Source: Eledone cirrhosa (Eukaryota). From it: a stretch of 64,000 nucleotides of DNA. The notes below the pieces were generated by a model that was not told the DNA's origin, ran no database searches, and was given only the letters and a program-made list of their open reading frames with translations. The position numbers and the translations under genes are program-made. The DNA lies in the NCBI GenBank assembly GCA_964016885.1, contig OZ024743.1, positions 345,774,001 through 345,838,000 on the forward strand. The letters are read 5' to 3'. The number at the start of each line of letters is the position of its first letter. Position 1 is the stretch's first letter. Shown here piece after piece: positions 1 to 12,658 of the stretch.

Positions 1-213
1 GCTTGTGTTGATGGTGATTATGGCGAGGATAATGAATGTGGTATTGATGGTATACTAATGTTGGTGTTGATAACTGTGTTGATATTAATGATCGTAATAG
101 AAATTGTGTTGACGGTGACAATAGCATCAGTGTAATTATTTTTGTTTTTTGTTTAAATCCTCATCAAACCTGATCCATGAATCTTAATGTCAAAGGCATT
201 CAAATAATATCGA

Positions 214-325
214 CATGAGTGAATAGTTAAGAAGTTCGCTGCAAAGTCATGATATTATTGGTGTAACTTCGCTGCCTGGCATCTTGGGCACATGTCTTTA
301 TCATAGTCTCGGGTCGATGCAAGCC
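214..325 (+). mobile_element. Degenerate tRNA-derived SINE, third family (head ...ttaagaagttcgct...cttgggcacatgtctt)
   Basis: tRNA-like head followed by a cttgggca...gtctt motif; related inverted relics at about 38180-38270, 41040-41205 and 55290-55375. Judged by eye. Confidence 0.45.
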
Positions 326-329
326 ACGT

Positions 330-2310
330 CAATGTAATTCAGCAAACGTAAACAGTGTGGAAATTAGTTAGCCGGATCTCTCTTACACGCTACAACAGCT
401 GTTCGACAGGACACCGCTAGTCAGTAATACACGGACTCCGGACGACTTCGTGCAGAACGGTTTCGTCGCTCTACGCGCATCTCGGGCAGCTCCATCTGAC
501 AACACTTCCGTGTCTGTAAAGTTTATCCCCACGGTAGCACTAACAAGCGAGGGATTTTTGGAAGTTATCCATAGTCCCCGGCCTGAAGGTCCTACGGAAC
601 AGACTGGTCAGTTCGACTTGGACAACGCTCAGAGCCTCTCCAAGTACGTTGTCGCACTTGCCCACCTCTAATCCTCTATAGAACTCGAGAGTGGAAGTTC
701 CACTGACCACATTTCCAGCCTGGTAGAAAGCAGTGAGAACCTGGCAACATTCCAGAGGATATGCTCTCATTCTCGGTCTCTTGTTGATGCAGGGTTGAAG
801 CTCAATCAAAATGACGGGCTGCTAAAAGCCTGTCTCACCAACAGCGACCACACCTGTTCACCGTTTAGGCAGAATATTTGGAGAGGCCTTAGCGTATAAT
901 TGTGCATCATTAGCCACGGCATGCCCAGCCCTCTACGGAGAGGGTGCTGGCAGCAGACGGACAGCTTCACAAACGAAACCTGTCTACTCTACAAGAAGTT
1001 GAAGAGGAGCCGTACGAATGAGGGCAAGATAATAGACGGTAATAGATGACGGACGCAATGTACGTGTTCCTAACCACCCTCCCGCACGAACTTTTAGGGA
1101 CAGCTTCCTCTCTGTCCATTTTTGGCTGAGACTGGTTACTCTGTTCGTAACCTTGTCCCAATTATTATCCACCTGGGGGTCTTGTCTGAACCAGAATCCG
1201 TGAAACTTTACTAGTGCCCGACGACGCTGTTGAAAGGCATGGACTTGCCTCTCCAGGTGCCGAGCTGCAAGCCTACCAAGTTTTGCTCCCTCCAGCCTTT
1301 CATATTCCTTTGTTCATTGCAACAATCACTCCTCTGAAATGTGCCTGGAGGCCGTCTCAATGAAGTATCGCATAAGGTGGAATTTGTCGTGGATGGATCG
1401 TTTCAGAATCGTAAATATCAGCGTCTCTCCTACCAGAGTACCACCGACAAGCGCCAACAAAGTCGCTAAAACCCTGGCAAAAATTTTAAAATCACCATTT
1501 AACACAGTTATGGGCTTAAACTTGTAGATATAGTCTCCCTTGTTTGGGTACTTTCTCAGTAGCACCACTGCTCCTCGGCTCACAGAAGTGAGAATCCTCC
1601 CGTTCTGCTGCCAGTTGCCGTAGACATCTGCCAAGAGGTTACCGAATATGTATGACATGTAAACATAAAGCCCGTATGGAAGACCAGCCAAACTAGGTTA
1701 TTTACCCCTCGTGCAGCCCGTCATTGTCTCTCATATCTCACTTGTTGACGATTGTCGCTAATGCCCGATCAACTAATTCACTATCCGGTCTCTGTGAGCT
1801 TTACGCCCAGGAAAGAACGCATTCAGCTTTCAGTACCCGCACATTCGGTAAATGTAGTCGATGTCTGCCAGACAATTGAACTTGTCTGAATATATTTGCA
1901 AGGCTTTTTCACCACCTTTCGCTGTCTTCTAGCCACATAGTCGCAGCCTGAATTTAAGATACCCTCTAAGTTGCCCCTTAACACAGGACAATCCAGACGT
2001 TTGATGAATCCTGGTTGTTCAGCCTCTGTCGGGTCATAGACGGCAATTAACCTGAAAGCATGACCGTCGTATCTGCTCCAGCAACATCTGATTGGTGATA
2101 GTATTGTTAATGTCTGAGTTCTGATGGCCATTGATGTTTTATTTTCGCTCTAGTTTTAGACAGAAAACCATTAGATGCTTTGTTGCCACACAAATATGGA
2201 ATTTTGCTTTCCTCTCCACCATTTTAATCAAGTTGATGCCACCTTGGAGATGTATTTGCTCGGGGATAGCAAGCACATTTATTTGAGCAGTACGGCACGT
2301 CAGTAGAATG
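330..2310 (-). mobile_element. Tx1/L1-clade LINE relic with several internal deletions (ORF1 end, APE, RT and C-terminal pieces)
   Basis: Minus-strand peptides: AFRLIAVY (APE-like, about 2000-2090); GLPYGLY...RGAVVLLRKYPNKGD...FKPITVLNGDFKIFARVLA (RT N-part, 1326-1691); NWDKVT...WTERKLSLK (984-1172). Homologous to the copy at 2841-4714. Contains frameshifts and stops. Confidence 0.8.
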
Positions 2311-2840
2311 TTGAGGTTAACAAAATGGCCGATTCTTCATATCAGCCGGTTGTCCTGTACTATTTCTTCTTCACAGTAATTTATCTTTTAAAAGAAAGAT
2401 TTCGTAGCACTAGCAAAAGAGAGTTTAGAGCTGATATTAACATTTGTGTTGGTTTGCTGGATGGCTCATTTGTCCTTTTTCCGATGACGTTGCTGATGTT
2501 GCTGCTGCAGCTACTGATGTTGTTATTGTAGTTTTCAGTTTTATAGCTGTTGTTTTTCTTGATAATGTTGTCGTTTTTGCTGTTGTTATCAACATTTTCA
2601 GTGTTATAGCTATTGTTGTTGTTGTTGTTTCTCTTCAAGTAACTTTCAAATTTATAACGTTTGAAATAAACTTGTTTCTTATATTTATTTTATCTATTTC
2701 GTTTAGAGCCGATGATAAGTAAAAATATTCCCGAAAATGTTCGAGCCTAAATGCGTGATTTATGCATAAGCGATCAATAATATTAATAATAATAACGATA
2801 ATAACAATAATAATAATAACAACAACAACAACAATAGTGG

Positions 2841-4714
2841 TTTCTTTATTGGCCACAAGGACTGACACGAAGAAAAACATTAGAGACGGCACAGAACAGT
2901 ACAGGACGATACAGAGTGGGTTTTGGTCGTGTAAACAGGTTCTAACAAAATTGGGCAAGAAATCAAAAAAATTCAAACAATGAAAAATTTCCCCAAAAAG
3001 GGGGAAATCTCCGAGGGTCACCCGTGGCGAAAACCACACAAAAAGGCCACGGCCACCCTGACCACCAGGGCAAGCGCCCTCTCTCAATTTTCTCACTCCT
3101 CAGTCTACAGGCGCATACTCAGAGCGGGCCCGTTCACTCGGACCAGACTCGCCACTTTCACCCACCTTTCAACAAACTTACTAGAAGACAAAACTTGCCT
3201 CTCCACCCTGATTTTCCTCTTCAAGTTAAACTTGAAAAAGTTAATCAGGGATTCGCCGAAGAGGAAAGTGTCCGTCTTCAACCCTTTCAACCTTGTCCAT
3301 CACACAATCTCTTTCGCCATGGCCACCAGGCAGATGAAAACGGTCTGCCCTTCATCCTCTTTAAATGAGGATGGCGGGGCTATCTGCACAATGGACTCAG
3401 TCGATAACCGGATCCATCCTACACGCGACAGCAGCTGTTCGACAGAGCTCCACAAGTCAGCAATCCCCCGGCACTGAACAAGTGGGTGCAGGACGGTTTC
3501 CTCGCCCTGCGTTCATCTCGGACAGGCTCGGCTGACAGCACATCCGTGTCTGTAGAGCTTATCCCAAACCGACAACGCTCCCCGGTAGCACTGCCAGGCC
3601 AGGCATTTCTGGAAGTTGTCCATAGGCCCCGGTCTGAAAGTTCTCTTGAAGAGAACGAACAGCTGATCGTCTTCGACGCCCAGGGTCTCCGCGAGAACGT
3701 CGTCGCTCTTTCCCTCCACTATCCCTCTATAGAAACCGAGGTGATTGCTCCACCGATACTAGTACCTAGCTGGTAGAGGGGGGTGAGCGATTGGAGCCAT
3801 TCCAGAATCCAAGCGCTATCCCTCGGTCTTTTCCTGATCCAGAACTGCAGCTCCATCAAGGAGACGAGCTGGGGGAAAAGCGCGTCTGGCAAACGGCGAC
3901 CACACCTGTTCACCGTCAAGGAAGCACCAGAGATGTCGCAGCCTCAACGCATGTTTGCGCATCATCAGCCACGGCATGAACTAGTCCGCCACGCAACGGG
4001 TGTTGACAGCAAATGGATCGTCTGACCATGGGAACACGTCCCTTCCACAAAAAGCGGAAGAGAAGGTGCTCCATTTTGGGCAGAGTTGGGCGGCGGCAAG
4101 GTACGATGGTCAGGCGGTAGCAGATGACGGACGCTATGTACGCATTTACCACCTCCTCCCGACCTTTCAAAGACAGCCTCCTCTCGGCCCATTTCTGGGT
4201 GAGAAAGGTCACCCAGCTCGTCACCTCGCTCCAGTTTTGCTCCATCTGGAGGTCCGGACCGAACCAGACCCCGACCAATTTAACCGTTCCTTCCGTCCTG
4301 CGCCTCACGACATTGTCGGACGGCATGGACTTGCCTCTCCAGGTGCCTAGTTGCAAGCCCACCGACTTTTCCTGGTTTATCTTTGCTCCTGTCACCGCTT
4401 CGTGTTCCTTGAAAGCGGTGCTGAGCATCTGAGCATCTGGATGTCTTTGGTGCTCGGCACCACCATGGTGATGTCGTCGGCGTAAGCTGACATAGATCTC
4501 CCGCATCCCAGTTCGCGTGCCCCCCCCCCCCCCCCCCCCCGCCCCCCCTCATCGTCTCCAATTTGTGCAGTAAAGGCTCTAGAGCCAGTATGTACAAGAG
4601 GTACGAGAGGGGCAACCCTGGCGGACCGAACGCATGATGCTGAAGGGCTGCGACAGGTGACTATTCACCCTCACAATCGAGCAGATGTCGCTGTGCATCG
4701 CAGCAATCCAGCCC
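2841..4714 (-). mobile_element. 5'-truncated Tx1/L1-clade LINE (RT C-half, CCHC knuckle, 3' UTR)
   Basis: Minus-strand SVRQGCPLSYLLYILALEPLL, AYADDIT (about 4465-4490), VWFGPDLQMEQNWSEV...RLSLKGR, and a decayed CPR*..EETVLH...C knuckle (about 3470-3525). The 3' end ccttgtggccAATAAAgaaa runs into a (TTG)/(TTA) microsatellite. A poly-C expansion at 4519-4548 disrupts the RT. Confidence 0.9.
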
Positions 4715-4916
4715 CTATGTTGTTTACTTGTCCCCCTCGCTTTACGCGATTTAATGGTCTCAATAACTTTTTTTAGTTATTGCCCGCACCAACCTGAGGT
4801 ATATGATTTTTAATGCGATGAAATACCAATCATGGTTGAAAATCACTGACGAAGGACTATTTTTATCATATGTAACCCATGTGCAACCACGCAGTATTCT
4901 TCTTTCTTCTCGTGTT

Positions 4917-4956
<40 letters not shown>

Positions 4957-5087
4957 CGTGCGTGGATCGTTGTTATTTGGCGTTGTTGAAAAGAGCAGTG
5001 GCCTTTGACCTGGCAATAACAAACTGTAGACAAAATTCTTTCTGTACCCAAACCAAGGCGCACACACACACACAGTTTATGTGTGTG

Positions 5088-5154
<67 letters not shown>

Positions 5155-5632
5155 TTGTGTGAGTGTGTGTGTGTGTGTGCGTGTCTATGTGTGTTTGTGT
5201 GTGTCTGTGTATCTATATATAAGGGATACAAAGACTACTTTCTCACTGTCTCCAAGCTTCATTCGTTGCTAAGTATTTTATTTTGCTACGAGGCATTTTA
5301 TTTTGCAAGGTACTATTTTTCCCCCGAGTTTGTGATTTCAGAGAAAGGTAAAAAATTCTTCATATTTTACATCTTTTGTATTTTGACTTTACAGTTTGAA
5401 TTGTAGAATTGTTTATCCAATCAAAATATTACGACAGCTAACAGTAAAATATAGAATTTAAAAAAAAAAGCTTTTTCGACTGAAATCAAGTCTTTGAGAA
5501 CATTCACGTCTATTTTAAAAAAAATATATAATTTGAAATAGTTAGCTTTTGTTTTGGACTGAAACTTTTTTTGTATTTAATTCGTACGGGTATTTTTTAA
5601 ACATCTTTTTAAAGATTTTAACATAACTTGAT

Positions 5633-6811
5633 TTGGCCCATTACGTGCACTGTGTCATTCATATTTCTCAACTTATTATAACTAAGTCTTTACAACAAGC
5701 TTCACTTATCAAAAATGTTCTAGGTTACGTGAATGAATTGAGGAAACTATATAGTACATCAGGGAAATTTAAGCAAGCGTATTTATCACAACATGATGAA
5801 GAAAATGAAGTATCGTCACCACGCTCCTTAACACCTGTGTGCCCTACTCGATGGCTAACACGACTTTCTGCAGTCAAAGCCCTTCTTGACAATTATTCAG
5901 ATGTCCCTATTTCTTTACAAGAGGCAACAAATGAGTTTAGCACCAACATTGCATCCAGAGCTAATGTTATTCTTACGTGTCACTCTCCGGGCCAATGTGT
6001 TCTTGGATTGCACGTTGTAGTTCCATTACTTCAATTCCTTGAAGGATTGAACAAACCTTTTCAAAGTACCACCTTCAATCTAGGTAGCATGTCGCATAGT
6101 GTCAAACTGGTGCAGGAGGAGCTAAAAAAATGTACGCAGTGAAGAAAAATTTCAGGAGCTGTTCAATACAGCAGAACAAATGATTTATCAACTCGATATT
6201 CCTCCTTTGGAGCTACCCAGGCAACGAAAAGTTCTTTAAAGATACCAGGAAAGAAATGCGTTAAAATATCAACACTGCACTGCTTTGGATCATTACAGAG
6301 TGCAGTATTTGCAGGTAGCAGATACTGCAATATCAAATTTGAAAGATTTTTTTTTTTCACAGGATTTAGCAGATTATTAAAAACAGGAATATTTTATTCA
6401 ATGGAAATGTTTGTGTTGAAGTGATCATGCAGTATCCAGCGGTTGATGAATTTTCTTTAAGGAACGAAATACTTTTTTTATAGAAATCATCATAGTGGAT
6501 CATCTCTCGAGGATCATCGTAAAATATTCAGTGAAATGCAACCAGAAGTCCGTCGCATGTTTCTAAATGTTGAGCGATTGCTCAGGCTACTTTTAATGTT
6601 TCCAACCAGTTCTTGTGAAGCTGAAAGATCTTTTAGCGCTCTGCAGAGACTCAAAACTTGGTTGCGATCGACCATGACTAAGCAAAGGTTCAATCATATT
6701 CTAATATGAGACGTTCATAAAGATGTTTTGAAAAAGATTAGTTGTGAAGAAGTTGCTAAATTATTTATTGACAGCAATGATGCGAGATATGATACATTTG
6801 GAAAGTTCTAA
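5633..6811 (+). pseudogene. hAT-family transposase pseudogene, C-terminal half (ZMYM1-like/hATC dimerisation domain)
   Basis: YVHC..H motif, CPTRW, and SSCEAERSFSALQRLKTWLRSTMTKQRFNHIL (hATC domain, about 6605-6705). Ends FGKF* at 6809-6811. Frameshifted. Confidence 0.85.
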
Positions 6812-7019
6812 AAGACAATCAATTTACTTTATATGATTTTTATTCAAACGTCAATGTTTTATTTTTTGTTTATTTGATATAATAAATACTTTTTAAGCTT
6901 ATTTTTTTTTATATCTGAATTTCATTTGAATATATAAAATTTAATTAGCGTAAAGAAATTTTTACTTATGTGATAGGGTTCAGGAAAGACACCATAAGTA
7001 ATACTAAAATGCTCCAACA

Positions 7020-7066
7020 AATGTTGGTTTGTCCCCCTCACATTTTTAAGGCAAACGATGCTCCTG
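7020..7066. mobile_element. Probable right terminus of the first hAT element (...tgtccccctc...gatgctcctg)
   Basis: Ends in CTG (reverse complement CAGGAGCATCG), as hAT ends do. The subterminal atgttg..ttgtccccctc also occurs at 4717-4738. Confidence 0.45.
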
Positions 7067-7804
7067 GAAAAGAGCAACATTATTCACTGACCCGTTCATC
7101 ACCGTGATCGGCTTGACCTCGATACTTCAGCTCATTCTTATTAACATTCGGTTTGCTTGACCCCATCTTATCTTCATTGCATTTCCACCTCATTTATTCT
7201 ATAACTATATTGTTGCTATTCCTATATAAACTGACTGATTATACAACGATCAAGTCTTGTTATAGCCTTGGGTTTAAGGAAGTGCTTTTGTAGTCTTCAA
7301 CAGTCATCCATTGTAATTGCAGCACCATTACAAGAATATCACAGTGATGCATTAAGGTAAGGGCGATAATTTGAGTAACTCTGACTAATAAGTAATGTCT
7401 TAACTTAGTATTATCGCGTCTTATCACTACGTGCTTAATTGATGAATTCCATTTCAAAATAGCACATTACTAGTCATTCTTGTATTAAGTTCTCTTGAAC
7501 TCGTTGCCTCGTCGATCCTTTATTGAGTCTGCCACCTTAATGCCCTCAAGCTAAGTTATTACTATTCCTACATGAAAGACTAGTTAATCTTCATATATAA
7601 CTTGTCTCGACTGGGTTAATTAATGACAGTATTTGTGTTTTTCATTGCAGTTGTGTTTATTACAAAGTGTTATTCCAGAACATTACTTGAAACCTTATCA
7701 TACTGGAACAGGACCCATTACAGTAAGTTCCTTATACATAATTTTATAGGCTTATATAGGCAAATCTTTGCGTAACTTTACCAAACACATTCGCTAAACA
7801 TAAA

Positions 7805-9575
7805 ATGGCCTCTGCAATGAAGATAAACTGCAGGCAGTACAGCGTTGATTACTTACGGTTCGGATTCATCCCATCGCCGTCGAACCAGGTGTCACCCATG
7901 TGTTTAATTTATAAGGAGTCCTTTTCGAATGAGGCGATGAAGCCATCGTGTTTGAGTAAACACCTGGAGGTGAGACGCCCCGATAAGAGATATAAAGATT
8001 TAGCATACTTTCAGTCTCTAAGGGACCAATTCCAGAAAATAACACTAATTTCTTCTGCCTTTTCAAAAGTTGAAGCTTCAAATGTTGAACTTGTCGCATC
8101 ATACAATATTGCCAACGTAATCGCAACGTGTGGCAAGCACCATTCCTTGGGTGAAACATTGGTAGCTCCTGTCATCTCAGAAGTTCTTTCAACAGTACTA
8201 CGTCAGAACCCGTTAAAGACCTTGAAATGTATTCTGTTGAGTAACGACTCAATAAAGAGACGCATCGACGAAATGGCGGAAAATGTTGAACAAAAATTAT
8301 GCAACATCTTGAAATCGACACAATTTGCTTTGCAACTTGATGAAAGCACACTTTCCGGAAATCAGTCCTTACTACTGGGATACGTGCGATTTTTCCGCCA
8401 AAACGAAATGCACGTGGAGCTTCTCTTCACTCTGAATCTAGCCACAGATACTAAAGGTGCCACCATCTTTGAATCTGTCTAGGGATACCTCGAAGAAAAA
8501 GAGATACCTCTTAACAATATTGTATCATATGCTACGGACGGCGCAAGAGCAATGGTCGGCCAACATAAGCGTTTCGTCTCTCTTCTGAAGAGGGAAAATC
8601 CATCTGTATTTGCTGTTCTTTGTGTCATTCATCGACAACACTTGGCTGCGAAGAAACTCAGCGAGCCGCTGAGCAAGTCTTCGCAGGTAGCCATTGATGT
8701 CATCAATTATATCAAACGCCATGCCCTCAATGAACGAATTTTCCGGCGAAGATAATGACGAAGAATTCGTCGAGTTGCTCCTTCATACTGAAGTGAGGTG
8801 GCTTTCAAAGGGCAAGTGCCTTACTCGCTTCTTTGAACTGTTCGACTCTATCATTGAGTTTCTTCGAGGACGCAACACAGAACTGTATAAAAAAAACCTC
8901 GATGTGAGGCAAGACTGCGCCTACCTCGCCGACATCTTCGACAAATGCAATAGCCTAATTATGGCTTTGCAAGGGGAGAAGATCACCTTGTTTAAAGCAA
9001 GGAATGCTGTGAAAATATTCCTGGCCAAATTGAAAGTCATCGAAAGGAATCTTTGTCGACGGGAATTCTATAATTTTCCTAGTGTCGCCAATGTTCAAAA
9101 CATTGTGAGCGATCACCAACTCCAAATTTATACCGCGCACCCCCGTGCACTACAAGACAACATGAGAGAACGGTTTGTCGACCTTTAGCAGATGGACATC
9201 CCAATGTGGATAGCAGATCCCTTCATACCTAACGTCGACGATTTCGACGTTCAATTTCAGGAAGAATTAATTGAACTTCCGACAGATGACATTATCAAAA
9301 TAAAATTTTCCAAAATAGGTGATCCCTTTTTTGGGATGCAAAAGGAAATTCAGCGTCGATTTCTACTCCTACATGCAGAGGCTAAGAGATTTGCTTTGCC
9401 TTTTCCTAGCTCATACTTAGTCGAGAGGGGGTTTGGTGTTGTTTCCAGACTACATAGTAAGGCTCGCAACCGCTACAATGTGATTGCACATGGAGATCTC
9501 CGGCTACAGCTCACGAAAATCCAGCCAGACGTCAAAGAGTTAGCTAGACTCCATGAAGCTCAAGGGTTCCATTGA
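7805..9575 (+). pseudogene. Buster/Charlie-type hAT transposase pseudogene (SCAND3/ZBED5/ZBED8-like)
   Basis: RQYSVDYLRFGFI, MKPS.L..HL (BED-finger region), FALQLDES, ATDGA..M.G, CVIHRQHL, LLLHTEVRWLSKG.CL.RF, YLADIF, FPSSYLVERGF, GDLRL.LT.I.P...AQ.H*. In-frame stops at 8480-8482 and 9186-9188, and a frameshift near 8750. Confidence 0.92.
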
Positions 9576-10150
9576 TACGAGGTCAAAGTAAGTCGATTTC
9601 CTATTTGTAGTTGCAGTCTGGCTGGAGTGGAAACCATCTACCACAATTCACTTACTCATTTGTTGTATATATTTTACCGTTTACTAATGAATATACCCTC
9701 TTACGTGGTCATGAAAACCCTCTTGCGTGGTCTCTAAGCTCACATAGCGGAGGGGACATCAAGTTCGATATCAACATTTATTCTGTCCGTTTCATTAAAC
9801 GGAAAATTGGAAAGCTTTGAAATGATATAATTGCCACTTTCTTCCAGATAAGAGCACTCTTTGGATAAACAGAATTGCTCTTGTATAAATGTTCAAAATA
9901 GCTGGTATTGTCTGGTGGGAATATAACAAATTCAACTGGTCCTTATTCATAAAAAAGAACATTTATGTTCTTTATTTTTGAAATTTATATACTTCCTTTC
10001 GAGGAATGTATTTATACTTTCAACTGCCTGCAATGGTATCTTTGGAATATCGTTAATCAATTTTTTTAGTAATCTACTATATCAAAATCAGTAGTATATT
10101 GAAAAATGGAAAAAAAGAGTGGGGAGAGGGGGGGGGGGGCGTTTCATGAT

Positions 10151-10207
10151 TTCGAGGGGCAAACGGGGGCGTTTGGCCGAAATGGGTTGAGAACCTTTGT
10201 TTTACAC
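10151..10207. mobile_element. Right TIR of the Buster/Charlie element plus 8-bp target site
   Basis: ggttgagaacctttg (ends 10199) resembles the CAGGGGTTCTCAACC-type Buster TIR. The flank ttttacac fits the NNNTANNN target consensus. No matching left TIR was found. Confidence 0.65.
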
Positions 10208-10363
10208 AACAAGAAATATTTAACAACAAATAATTTTAACAGGCAAATAGAGCGACTTACTGGAAGCGAGCAAAAGACGTCCGATTAAACCAATAATAAT
10301 AATGATAATAATAATACATATATCTTTTTCTTTTCCTTTTCATTTCCTCATTTTAAATATAAT

Positions 10364-10550
10364 AATTGTTTCTACTTTTGGCACAAGACCATCAATTACT
10401 CAGTGTATTACTGGTACATTATTTTATCGAGCCTGTAAGGATGAAAGGCAAAGTTAACCTCGGCGGGATTTGAACTCAGACCATAAAGGGACGTAACTAT
10501 GCTCGAAAGCATGGCGTCCGACCCTCTACCGATACTGCCAAACCACCACC
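10364..10550 (-). mobile_element. Major tRNA-derived SINE (short variant)
   Basis: Head ggcagtatcggtagagggtcggacg, B-box gagttcaaatccc, core aactttgcctttcatccttac..tcgataaaata..gtaccag, and tail cttgtgccaaaagtagaaac. About 20 copies in the window. Confidence 0.9.
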
Positions 10551-10899
10551 ATTTTAAACATAATAATAAATGCATAACACCCACTAGAAAATAGAGAAAA
10601 GAACGAGTAGAGTCAGAGTAGAATTGACTGACTACAGAGAACATGAGGTATACCAACAAGGCACACACGAAGAGTATAATCACCTACAGCAATAACTACA
10701 CAAACATACAATATATACAATTTCACCACCACCTCTGACACTAACACTAACACCAACGCCACCAACACAACAGTAACAACAATAACATAAAACAATGTAA
10801 AACAAAAATATATAAAGAACCAAAGAAACAACAACAAATGAAAGAAAGCAACCTTAAGGTTAAGCAATCATTTGCTAAGAATAAAAGCCACTCGGAAGT

Positions 10900-11200
10900 T
10901 GGCCATCTGGTGCAGAAAAAAAATTCCTTCAAAATGGCTGCCAATACTTTAAAGTCTTATGCTCTTTCTCTGTCGGTCTTACTCTCATTAAGTCTTCCTT
11001 CTTTCTTCTTTACAATGAAATCACGCAGCCTCTTTCACAAACCAACGCATCTCCACAATGTAACCATTGGCTTGTGAAATGAGGTGAAATCAGATTGATC
11101 ACATGGGACTCACGTGGTCAGACTTTCTCTCATGCAAACCCAACGCGTGAAGGGGAGGTGGTTTGGAACACAGGCATTGACTCACATGCATTTGATTGCG
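10900..11200. promoter_or_regulatory. Candidate Pol II promoter or enhancer island
   Basis: Non-repetitive stretch with YY1-like CAAAATGGCTGCC (10930-10942), ATTGG (inverted CCAAT, 11066-11070), E-boxes CACATG and CACGTG (about 11100-11116) and AP-1 TGACTCA (11178-11184). Motif evidence only. Confidence 0.3.
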
Positions 11201-12624
11201 CGTACATAGACAAGCTTATACAAAGTCTGGTGTTTATATTATATGGAAAATAATTGCCAAAGGCTTATGTCTGGCTGGATGTCTATGACTATGGCAAATA
11301 TAGAAGGCTGTACGAATTCACACACAAACACACAGAAGCTCAGACACACACGCAAACATGCACTTTTATACATATTCATATAATGTTTGTTTATATACAT
11401 GCTTGTCTCCGTGCTTGTATGTAAATCCAACATTCATTCATGAAATTATTATCACTATTATTATTTTGTTTTTATGCTTTTATTGCAATATGGGTGTGCG
11501 TGTGTGTACGAATATGTTTAAAACAAATATTTTCTGACATAACTAATATCTATCTACCGGGCTCACTTTCGTTCTTTGCAGACACACTCACCCCCCCCCC
11601 CATCCACACACACACATACACACACACACACAGACACACATATATGTGTGTGTGCGTGATTGTATGTATGCGTATGTGTAGATATTTACCTATATATTTA
11701 TACATGTATATAAATGTGTATGCATATATATATATATATATATATACGTATACATATGTGTGTGTGTGTGTGCGTGAATCTGTATGCGCATGCACACACA
11801 CACACATTTATATATATATATATATATATGTGTGTGTATGTGTGTGTGAAAGTATGTAATAACGCTTTCGTGCAGGAGAAGAACAGACAACATACACAAT
11901 GACCTGCATACATACACTAATACAGATCCACAAATAAACGCAATTTGTATGCCCACATGGGAGTACAGACATAAAACATCTCACTCGCCTCTACACATCG
12001 ATATGAATGATTATGTTTCTCAGCAGGTCATTTATATTAAACATATTAGAAACACAAAGGTTGTAAGTTCAAATACAAGGGCGGACGAATGTATTATAAG
12101 TTCATATTTGCTTGGCTTCATTATGTGAAAATGGCTAATATCATCTAAATAACGTAATAGGCATTAAATCTGCTGCGGGCAATGAGGTCAAGGGTTCGAG
12201 CGCAGAAACTCACTGAGACGCACATAAATACATAAATTAGTTGATTTGACACACAAGAACTACGCTTTGTGTAGAAATAAGAGGAGCTGTGAGGATAAGA
12301 AGTGGGGAGAGGTAGACTGAAGGAGAAGAATACAATAAGCTGGGGGAAGAGGTGTATGATAAGGCAAACAAAATATGATGGGTTTGGTGTAGAAATTGAA
12401 AAAAGAGTAAAAAGACGAAAATCTGATGATGTTGGTGGTGGTGGTGGTGGTGGTGGTGGTGGTGGTGGTGTGGATGGTTATATGTTTGGCGGTGGTGTGG
12501 TGATGGTCATGGTGCTACTTGTTTTGATGTTGAACATGCTAGAATTGCCATTAGTGGTGATGACATGAATGATGAGATGAGTATTTATTTGTTATAATGG
12601 TAACTGTGTTGTGGATGATGAGAT

Positions 12625-12658
<34 letters not shown>

